Below are positions 1 to 10,200 of a stretch of 64,000 nucleotides of DNA, in pieces. Under the pieces are notes generated by a model, which saw only the letters and a list, made by a program, of their open reading frames with translations, ran no database searches and was not told where the DNA came from. The position numbers and the translations under genes are program-made. Each line of letters starts with the position of its first letter. Positions within the stretch are counted from its first letter, which is position 1. The stretch is from Phoronis australis (Eukaryota; Animalia; Phoronida), in contig NMRA01000128.1 of the NCBI GenBank assembly GCA_002633005.1, positions 299,165 through 363,164 of the forward strand, in the 5' to 3' direction.

Positions 1-38
1 ATGTCTTTACAACACACCAGAAAACTGACCTCACTCAC

Positions 39-3000
39 CTGATGGTGTTGAGTAGAATGTCCATGAAATAGTTGTAACTGTCTGCTGGTACATTCCCTTT
101 GGCTAAAAATATCTAAAGAAAAAACACAAAATTAATGATATTTTTATCACACATTCTAGCTAACCTAACAAATAACAAGTGGCCCATACTGACTTTGGGT
201 AATAACATAATTACATTCCTTGACAAATAGTACTTAAAGGTTATGTACAACCTTAACGACAAATCTGTACATTTAGTGATGTAACTCCAAAAGGATAACT
301 CATCAAAAGTATATATTTCCCGAAAGTATAAAAGTGTAGAATTTGATTTTTGACTTTACACCAATCTGCCACTAACTAGTTCATGTGGCCTTGCTTTTCT
401 CAAAAATTTTACCCAAAAAGAAAGGTAGATTCATAACAAAACAACAGGATCAATAACATGACGAAATTTTGTATGATATAAATGTTCATAAAATCAAAAA
501 CACTGTTACAGTTTTTCTTTTATGCAATTTAAAATTTTAATTTCATAAAAATCATAAAAGTCCCAGTTTTTGATAGCCCCTCATGCAAAGTGAAACACTC
601 AACAAACCATTCCTAACAGCGTTTTGGAGAACAGTGTATAAAGCACATTATAACACAATATTAGCGTCAAATGGCAGATACAACCGTGTAATAACCCATA
701 AAGTTATCTCACTAGTGAGATAACGATTTGGTGGGAAACCGAGGACGGAGTCAAACCAGGGACCCTTGCATTGCTGGTTGCCGACTTTACCACTGCACCA
801 TGCAGCAACTGACGTCATCAAGAGTGAAAATAGAATACTTAAATGAGCACGCTCAATAATCGCATGTTCAACAAACCACATTGTACTGTACTTATACGCT
901 ACGAAAAGTAAGACAGATAATTTCCATAAAAATGATATCTTAATTCAGTGAAATTTTTCTCTCATGTCCTCTTACTTGTAAATCACCGATCTCCAGTTTG
1001 AATGCGGGTATCGTGTCGTCAGGATCTTTGACTTGAGAATTATATTCAGTTACCAGTAACCTACTTTAGCAGACGATAATTTCCCGGTCGAAGCTTAGCG
1101 TGAAAAAAACGTGTTTTAAGCTATAATAGTTGGTAAACCTTAATCTATGAATNCCCGGGCCTCTGACATAGAAAGTAGTTACAAAGCCGTGGAGAGTCAG
1201 AAAAGGTAAATCGATTCATTGCAATGTTTCTCGTTTAGTATGTGGTATAAATAGATTATTACATGTTCTCAGCCGTTATCCCCCTTATCTAGAGCCCTCA
1301 TGGATTTTGGAGAATTTTCACCCTCGGGGCTAATGCCCCTCGGGCGATAATTCTCCAAAATCCACTCGGGCTCTAGATAACGGGGGATAACGACTTCGCC
1401 ATGTAATAATCTATATGTATCTAGAAATTCATCTGAATCTGATCGGCACTGGAAGTGTTATTTGGGATTGCTTAAAATGTACTAACAGCTAGCTGTCACA
1501 AAACTGTACAAACCTTGTTGAAACTTCCTTCCATTAAATATTGCTCCATGGAAACAGGGTGCTTGATGTAGATATTGTGGTGAATATCTTTAGTTGGCAA
1601 AAGCTCCAGTTCCTGTAACATACATAGACTAATCATTACGTAACCTCCACTAGAAAGGACTGACCATATCCAATGAAAATTTAACTTAACCTGTACAATG
1701 AAACTAGAATACATTTCTCTATGAGCATATGAAACACTGACCACAATGCTGGCATTAACTATATCTCAAGGTACATGAATGAAGTCTTGGTAAAATACAA
1801 GGCGACATATTTCCATCATGATTCACAGGAACAGGAAGTAATGTCTATGGTTAGTTCTGGATCCCACTTACTGTGTGAAACTCGGCCAATCTGTTCTGTG
1901 CCAAAAGACATAAGAGATTCAGTCCTAATAATTGGTACTTGTAGGCAGAATCGGGCAAATCATCTCTGCAAGTGAAGAATACATAAGTGGAACAAAAGTC
2001 TAATCACAAGGACACACGTGAAGATTGACATATTCATATCCAACATTTCGGTTTATCCTAAACTACTTATTGTTATGTTGTACCTACGTATGGTAGATTC
2101 AAAAACATTTCTTTGCTGATCAGGGTTGTCAGTAACAGGTCTAATGACATTACTATTGCGACATTCGTATTGGGCAACAACAGAACTAGTTTGAAAGGAG
2201 AAATGGGCAGAATGCTTAATGTCACTGCACCTCGTGTTAGCTGTTTACTATATTCAAGCCAAATAATAGACTTGATTCACTATCCAAACAAAAATCACTG
2301 TTGTCATGTAGTATACCAGATTAATTGTAATGATTGTGAACAATTTTACATTGGTATGATTATAAACAGAATTTTGAGTAATAGAGTAAAAGAACGTTCT
2401 AAGGATAACCATAGTGCTGTCCTAAATCATTCATTAGAGACTGGCCATAATGATGCTTATTCTGATGTGAGTGTCCTTCACTCAGACAACCACTGGATGA
2501 GATTGCTTATAAAGGAGGTTATTCACACAAGGGAGAAACATGCTGAATGTTACCAAAACAGGAACATTGGAGTTTACGATCTCCAGATGTGGTGATTGGT
2601 GTTGCCCTGTTCCCAGCATATTTCTCTCACTATCCATTTCGACGTGTTTCTGAGCAGTGTGACTACATGTACTGTGTTTTGACTTGTTTGATTTGATTCT
2701 GTCGTACTACTTCTCCCTGAAGATGGTTTGTTTGGAATAAACCGAAACATTGAATGAATATGTCAAACTTTACACATGCGCTTGTGATTAGACTTTTGCT
2801 AATATTCTGGTCAAAAAGCAACATTGATAAGTGAAGCAATGAGATAGTACTAAAGCTGTTTTTGTAACGGACAAAATTCAATACTCAAACTAAATTTATG
2901 CACTCATTACGTCATGACCATGTAAATCCCTGTTTCAAGGTATAACTCTTACTGCAAGCACTGCGTTCTTGCAGCAAGAAGTTATGAAGTTAACATAAAC

Positions 3001-6000
3001 AAATGCAGGCCCAAACAGACCAAACCACCACTATGGTTAATTCTGATGGCTGACAAGGAGATCAGCATTCCCCACTCACTTATAGTCCAAGTAATAACAC
3101 TTTAGTTGAGCCAGGTATCTCTTGAATGACGGGATGTCTTGACGAGCAATGGCGTACTGGGCACCAATTTCTAGGATATCTCCTACAAGGAAAAATGCTT
3201 TGGGATAACTCGGACAAAAAGATAAATCTTATTCTTTCTTAGTAACAAAAACAAAATAAATTTGCTGTTGGTTCCTACTGCACAAAGCAATAAGCAACAC
3301 GTGAAAATCAAGTGGTCAAAAACTTGTTTAACTCAAAAATTAGCTGTGCAAAGAATTTAAAACTATCTATTAGTATGTCTTATAAACGAAAGTGCAAATG
3401 CACCTTAAGCGGGTCTGATTTGAGAATCAGGCAATCACTGGATAACACCTGTTATTCTGCATAAGACTAGTTCTCAAAACCAGGGAAGTCCATTAAAACT
3501 GACATTGGCGAAAAAGGATCAAAACAATGTAGCGTAGACGTTAGAGCATGAAAGAAAAAACTGTCTGAAGACACTTACGGGCCACAAGTAGTTCTTGCTT
3601 TGTGGCAGCTGCCTGTTCTGTTGGAAGGAATGTCAACCCAGTCAGTGCAACCTGAAACAGCAAACAACGGCAATGAGGAACATAAACTGGCTCGACAGCT
3701 TGATTTATCACTTGGATGAGCTAATTGGTCAACCTTAGTTGGGACTTGATCTTGTGCTTGAGCATGTGATAACACTGACCTAGCATTAAGTGCTTTATCA
3801 ACATGTGCGACACATTTAACTGGGAATGCTGATTGGTTTAAAATTGTAAGCCATTCATTTGTTGGAGGCCTGAAGCATAACGAGATCAGGGTGAGCGTAT
3901 ACACTGGAACTTGGGGCAGCCTTCCAGTCAGTGAGCTATAGAATTTGAGGCATACAGCCCAGACCAAATGGTGCCAGTCGTCTGTATTGGTGCTACCTTC
4001 AGTAAAAGAATATTAGGTTTACCATCAATACCAGTAATTGACAATCTGAGGTATATCTTAGCAGTCCCGCTAGCTTTAGTCAGTGGAAACTCGCCAGCTG
4101 TGTGGCCACATTGGATCACGATTGTATAGAACATTTATAGTGTCATGACTCCAGCAGCTGATAAAGGTGCCTGTGCACATACTGACCTAGTTTATTACTG
4201 TGAAGAGACCTAAATATTGAACGTTTTGACACATTCTCCATAATAGTTCATTGGAAATATTACAGGTCACTGTGAAAAGTGGAGTAAACGGGTCCCTCTT
4301 CAAAATGGCTGTCGGGAACCAGTTTCCCTGAATAACAGACATCTGCCTTCAATCAGTGAAAATTGGTTCTTGGCAGCCATTTTGAAGAGGGACATGTTTA
4401 CTCCACTTTTACCGCAAATTCTTCTGAAGCCAAGCCAAGGCCACTATCACGACTTGTCATGACTAATAATCAGTCAGCAAACTAAGAATGATGAACAGAA
4501 CGACACAGAGCGGCACAATTACTTTGTAACATAGGAACGCTTCAATTGAACTATGACGGGCATTCAAAATTTCTTTGAAAATCTTAGGTTGACAAATCTT
4601 CGAGCACAACCACTGAGCACATGTGGATAACTCTCATTTCAGTGGTGAGAGTAGGCAACACGTAGCCCCTTGGTTGGCCAGTTAGGGGCTTTTCATCGCT
4701 TTCTGTATTAATTCCGTGTACTTTAAACGGGCGGTAGGCAAAAACCACTCACCAATTAAGAGTTTTCACTTTATAAAAAAAAATTGTACACTTAAAACTA
4801 TCACTTAAAAATGCTTACTTTCTTCAGTGGTCCTTTCTACTTCTACACATATCTTCGATGAAGCATAGCTACGAGAATTAAGGTGACTTTGGCGAAGAAT
4901 TCCAACTCCATTTTTGGTCACCATAACTTTTTCACTGCGCGTGCGCAATAACCAAAGTATTTCAACTGAGTCACGTGAGTTAGGCAAAGGCAAAGGCTAG
5001 CGCAAGACTGAGCGAAGCACGTGACGCTGGTGCATGACACTTGCAAAATAGCTTGGGTAGCTATAGCAACCAATTAAGGAATCGTAACAAACCTGACCTA
5101 ACAGGTCAAAGGTCACATACCTGTCAGTCTCAGTGTTCACGACAGATAGTGCTATCAGATGAAATTTGTAAGATTTGTATCCCTTGGACTTTTTATTCAT
5201 CAACATGCATGATTTCACGTAACGTCCTCAAAATGGCAACCGGTAAGAGAAACTCGAGCAAACCGCAACAGATTTATATGGAAATTTTCAAGTTATGCTG
5301 ACTAAATTGTATCCAGACAGTCATTGTATGTGCTAATAACAACTTCATGTGCTTATTAGGCAATGACCATTGCCTCTGTTGGCCCGAACCAGAGGCGATG
5401 CAGCTCCTATAGGCGCTCCATACGCCGGAAGCTTTTCGGCGAATTATGCCTCGCACTGGCTAAAGCATGAGTCTCGTTGTTATAAATACCTTTTGCGTAT
5501 AGAGGGACACCTTAGGAGGTTGGCGGTGTGTTTAATTCCTTCTAACTCGAACAAATACTTACGTTATCGAACTTTTTGTTCGAGCAGTCACTCGTTCAGT
5601 TCCCAAAATTGTGAACTCACCATTTTTATACTGCGCACGCTCCAATTTTTACCGCGCTCGCTAGGTGATGTGACTTCATGACCTCAATCTTTAAATAGGC
5701 CAAAGGTGAGCCATTGCGGTCTTGTCAGTCAAATGTTAGTTTCCAAAATGCCACCACTTATACTTGTCTTTAATTGGTGTTACTTGAAACTGATTGTATT
5801 TCAATGAATTAGTGTTCGTATTTGATAAAAATAAATGCTGTTGATATGACATTTAATAGTCTTTGTGCACATATTTGACATTTTAATGTTTAATCGGCAA
5901 ATGCACGGCTGGTTCCCGGCAGCACGTATGCAAAGGGCGGGAAACCGCGACTTCTGACCTTCGGCCTGGTTAAAAGAATCTCTTGGCGTGCGCCGAGTGA

Positions 6001-6676
6001 AAATGTTGAGTTCACGATTTTGGGAACTGAAATAGGGACTGCTCGAAGAAAATGTTTGATAACGGGAGTATTTGTTTGAGCTGGAAGGAATTAAACACAT
6101 CAACAACCTCCTAAGGTGTTCCTCTATGTGCAAAAGGTATTTATAACAACGTGACTTCGATGGTTTAGTCGGTGCGAGGCATAATTCGCCAAAAAGCTTC
6201 AGGCGTATGGAGTGCCTATAGGAGCTGCATCGCCTCTGGTTCAGGCCAACAGAGGCGATGGTCATTGCCTATGTGCCTAATCTAATAAAGTATTATGGCT
6301 TATGCATGCTTCATTCGATTTTATTTCCTACATTTTGAAATGAGTAACTTTTTATGGGGATTTACTATCGCCCCTATATTCTTGCGGCATTCAGGGCGAT
6401 GTAATTGCCTATTGTCGATTTGTGTCATTGTGAGAGAGTATCGACTATTGAAGACGTTGGCAAAATTAATGTGAAATGGTAATGAATCAGCAGTTTCTCT
6501 TATTTTCATGAAACCTACCAGAATAAGATTATATGGAGACTGAACATGAGATTAAGCAGGGTACACACCTTCAGCTTCCCTAAAAGATCACCACACTTAT
6601 CCAAGTTAGGAGGTTTTCTATTCCATTCTTGCGATAACGTTTGGTACAAAGACACAACTTCTCTCAAGTTCGCCAT
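39..6676 (-). CDS. PSMD8: 26S proteasome non-ATPase regulatory subunit 8 (Rpn12); first six coding exons, 3' end outside the window
   Basis: Exons 6676-6569 ([36 protein letters not shown]), 3651-3579 ([25 protein letters not shown]), 3182-3080 ([34 protein letters not shown]), 1965-1872 ([31 protein letters not shown]), 1612-1514 ([33 protein letters not shown]) and 112-39 ([25 protein letters not shown]). All introns are GT-AG with consistent phases, and the peptide closely matches PSMD8 as I recall it. Confidence 0.96.
729..808 (-). repeat. tRNA-derived SINE head or tRNA pseudogene
   Basis: The reverse strand has A-box TGGTGCAGTGG and B-box-like GGTTTGACTCC at tRNA spacing. The cloverleaf pairing is degenerate. 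Lies in a PSMD8 intron. Confidence 0.55.
1251..1414. mobile_element. Palindromic foldback MITE, about 164 bp
   Basis: Ends ATAGATTATTACATG...CATGTAATAATCTAT. The arms are complementary nearly throughout (TTATCTAGAGCCC/GGGCTCTAGATAA; TGGATTTTGGAGAATT/AATTCTCCAAAATCCA) around a central TAAT loop, with TA at both ends. Confidence 0.8.
2280..2752 (+). mobile_element. Penelope-like retroelement 3' remnant (degenerate GIY-YIG endonuclease plus hammerhead-like motif)
   Basis: ORF 2113-2595 contains [16 protein letters not shown]...RVKER...[12 protein letters not shown]...RLLIKEVIH, the Penelope-type GIY-YIG signature with CxxC between the two motifs. It is followed by CTGAAGA-stem-GAAAC at 2717-2748. 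Antisense within a PSMD8 intron. Confidence 0.8.
2717..2752 (+). ncRNA. Minimal hammerhead ribozyme-like motif of the Penelope element, probably decayed
   Basis: CTGAAGA-T-GGTTTGTT(TGG)AATAAACC-GAAAC-ATTG: both core boxes flank an 8-bp helix II with one G-U pair. Helices I and III are weak. Confidence 0.55.
4271..4416. mobile_element. Foldback MITE-like inverted repeat, about 145 bp
   Basis: AAAAGTGGAGTAAAC...GTCCCTCTTCAAAATGGCTG pairs with CAGCCATTTTGAAGAGGGAC...GTTTACTCCACTTTT across a short central spacer. Confidence 0.75.
5357..6271. mobile_element. Non-autonomous DNA transposon with long (about 285 bp) terminal inverted repeats and a probable TA target-site duplication
   Basis: 5357-~5640 (TAGGCAATGACCATTGCCTCTGTTGGCC...) is a diverged reverse complement of ~5986-6271 (...GGCCAACAGAGGCGATGGTCATTGCCTA). 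A fragment of the same family lies at ~42037-42081. Confidence 0.85.
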
Positions 6677-7276
6677 TATTGTGTTTGCAGTCAAATTTTC
6701 ATGAAAACAAGAACATTTTATAAATATTTTACAAAAAATCTGCTTAAAAATTACCTTTATTATAACAAATATTAATTTAAATATAATATTTGGATATTAT
6801 TCTCTATATAATGCAAACTTTTGACTTTAAATAAAAGTTATTTTATTCAAATCTTTATGCCTTAGTTTTAATTTTAGCAACCTTTCACTATAGAAAATAA
6901 AACAAATGCTCTCGTTTTTCATCTATTCGTCTTTGTAAATCAATACACACTTGTCAGATTTATGGGGTCTCATAATAATGTTTATTACATTTTATGTATT
7001 TTTAAAGGTTTCTACTTAAAAAATTTAAGTACCTGTAATCATACGAAATAACTGTAGATAACGTTATTTCGTTTCTTCCAGTCCAGTTATTGTGTTGTCG
7101 TTTTCACGCCGGTATGTGAAGTTTTGCGCCCTCTTGTGTTTTGCCTACTGACGTTTGTCACACATTTGCAACTTGTGATGAAACAACAATTTTTAGTTCA
7201 AGACTCTGGTTGTCAATGCTTCTGGTTCTAAGAAAGTCAGTGATCAACAATTGTCAGCCATTTTTTGAAGGTTGCC
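6677..7276. promoter_or_regulatory. Bidirectional promoter region shared by PSMD8 and FAM98
   Basis: The two start codons (6676 minus, 7277 plus) diverge 600 bp apart. The interval has an AT-rich core and a CpG-richer patch at ~7080-7160. Confidence 0.7.
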
Positions 7277-10200
7277 ATGGAAAACGATATTCTTGATTCT
7301 CTAGAAGACATTGGGTAAATATAACACTGCCACACCAGCAACACTCACTCACTCTCTCAGTTCTGACTCGCTCACTGACTACACACTAGTCAAGGGTGAT
7401 TTGTCAGTGTTACTGACTTACTTGGCTATCAGTGTCACTCACATCCACACTGTGTCTCGGTCAGTGTCACTCTTTATGACCTGGTCATTTCACTGTGAGT
7501 GTATGTGTTCATTACAGAGAACACGATCACTTTCTGTTGTAAACATTTTGCTCCAGTCTACGATAACAACGGATAACATGAGGCAGCAGTGGTAGGGGCT
7601 CGCCAGCCAGCTGTGAAGACTATCGTCAAAATACAGCTAGGTACCACGGTGTGTTGAGCTCCGTTAGACCCGGAAATTTCACACAGCGCGGGTAGTTCTG
7701 CTCGTCACCTTGTTGTGAAACTTAAAATCAACATAGAGCTAACGAGGGTGCATGGAAAATCTGGGAGTCAACCAACACTCACCTTCTCTGTTACAGCCGT
7801 TATTTCCTTGTGTAATTCTTCGCCTTTTGTAACGAAGAAAAGTGTGTCGCTTTGAAAACAGTAAGCTTGTGACATGCGCATGGGTCATTTCTTAAATTCT
7901 TTGCGACACCTCTTGGTCTTGGGAGATGATGGCAGCTTCGCAACATCAAAATATGTTCTGAAATTCGGTTTGCTGGTATTAAAGTGCTAAAAACTTATAA
8001 TAATGAAACTAGTTTCTGATAAATTGCTGTGACATGTACGCAACCTCGTGGAAGAAGTACAGTTGATTGAGTAATAGTTGAAAAAAAATGGCCAATAGGA
8101 GACACAATATTTCATGGTGCTGAAAGCCGAAGCAAAAGATTGCTCCACAACTTTAGCAGCAGAATAACAGTAAAACGCGGAGTTTTTCTAACACTGGCAA
8201 ATATCTTAGTTTACTCAAACAACAGTGTAGTTGTTAATGATTCAAATTTTTTGTCATGTTGTATTTAGCCAGTTTTTTACCCACATCAGCTCAAAGGTGT
8301 ATATTTAGTATACAGCACCAAGACTATGGTAGGGGCCAGACTGTGCCCCCAATGTCGTGTTTTCAGAAGAGCTGAACTTCTCCTCAAACCCTATGTTTAC
8401 CTAGTTTCCTTCTCTTAACATCCGACAAATTGACAAAATAAGCATAATTCAGGCATGTATGTTTTCAGTATAGCAACTTGGACCATTTTACTGTACGTGT
8501 CATTCGGGACAACCTTCATGACACTAACAAACGTAAATCCAACGAGTTCTCATTTAGTCTGAAATTCATGACCAAAAATAATGGCCATATTAAAAATTGG
8601 AGACATATGAACCACTATGTGTGAGTGTTTTTTATTTCTACTCCCTACATATTTTATTTTGTGTTCTCACTGTCTCTCCCATAGGATTTTGCAAAGCCTT
8701 TATCAGTATAAATTTGTTGGTGGTCTGTCACTCTGGCAGCTGACAGAGAGTTGTTTGCACTGTGGATGCTAGTTTAGCTGTTTTTCAATCATATAGTTAA
8801 CAGGAAATAAAGGTACAAAGTTAATTAATATTGTTAACTAACATCTAATATTGACAACCCCCATTTCACCCTAACTTTGGGTCACTAGTAGAGCCAAAAA
8901 TAGAGGGGCAATTGCGTCGCCTAATGACGAGTTAATAGTCTTTGTGATAGTACATAAGGAAATTATGCACCTGCCTCTCTTCATCTCAATAAATCAACTT
9001 ATTTTGGTTTGTTTTGTCTTCTGCACAGTTATGAAGGCGATCTGCTCGATGACCAATCATTCGAAGAAGCCGTACAGCAAGGGCCGTCATCTCTGGCATT
9101 CACCAAACTGGTTGAAGATCTAGTTGCAGAACTTTGTTTGTTATGTAACATTGATGAGAAGGTCACAGCGGTCACAGGTCTGTTGGTTGTTGGATTTATT
9201 CATGAGTTGAAATAAAAGTCATATACAGTGCTTATCACTTCAAGTCAAAGTTGCAAACTTTAAACTGGAATAAATCAAGTAAGTTAGCTGTGGTGAATCT
9301 TTCCGTTGAAGTGATCGATAGACTTCATGTTGTCCTTGGTTTTGTTATCCTTGGTTTTTGACGTCAAAATACTAACTGTCAACATTAAAGAAACAAAACA
9401 AAGAGTTACACTCGAAATATGAACATAGCACACGTGTCTGGCTAGTAGATTCAGCTACTTGGTAATGTATGTGCTAAAACTGATTCGCAAAGCAATAACA
9501 TTTCATCTAACTACATATTTTTTCGTCTTTGTTGAATTAGTTAATAAAATTCACAAAAGCTTGGTAACAGCTATTGATTGCTCTCAGTTAGTGCCTCAAA
9601 GTTAGTAATTTAGACACGTATCAAAATTGGAGTTTTCTTTATTTTGAAAATATTAACAGTGTATTAACTTTGTTTAAAACTTGATGGTAAAGCTACATTT
9701 CATTCTGTTCACGTGGCTAAAAAAAACAAAAAATAAATTGGGCCTTTTGCTTGTATAAAATTGATTTCATAATATTCCTTATTACGACAGGAGTCCAGAT
9801 ACTGGTGACAGAAATAGAATCCTATCATGGTGTGGAATATCACAAGGCCAAGGCCAATTTTATGAGTAAATGACATAATCTGAATCTCGTTTTTTAGCCT
9901 GCTAAACAGAGTTACTTAATACCTACTTGAAATTCTTCAAATATAAAGAAGAATGATATCTTACTGCTGTAGAAAATTTATAAGTATATGATAAGTGATT
10001 AAACATGACAGTGAAGAAAGTCGTTTTGAGACTGTACATAAGGTCCTGCAAGTTTGACCATTCAGTCAAACTCAGACAAAAATAAATAAGTCAGTCAATT
10101 AACAGTTCAAACACATGGTGTTACATGAAATATATACAACTAAGTTTATGGTCCTGAACTACTGTTCCGGTTAGTTTACCCTTTTTTGTTGCCTTGTACG

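Noticed and set aside
729-808. Functional tRNA gene
   Set aside because: The B-box and stems are degenerate and the cloverleaf does not pair well. Treated as a SINE head or pseudogene.
5370-6265. Similar ORFs of 103 aa (plus) and 154 aa (minus) that look like a paralogous gene pair
   Set aside because: They are the two arms of one inverted-repeat element read on opposite strands, with no recognisable domain.
7271-7285. X-box-like GTTGCCATGGAAAAC over the FAM98 start codon
   Set aside because: Explained by the Kozak context plus Met-Glu-Asn codons, and the spacing is one base off consensus.
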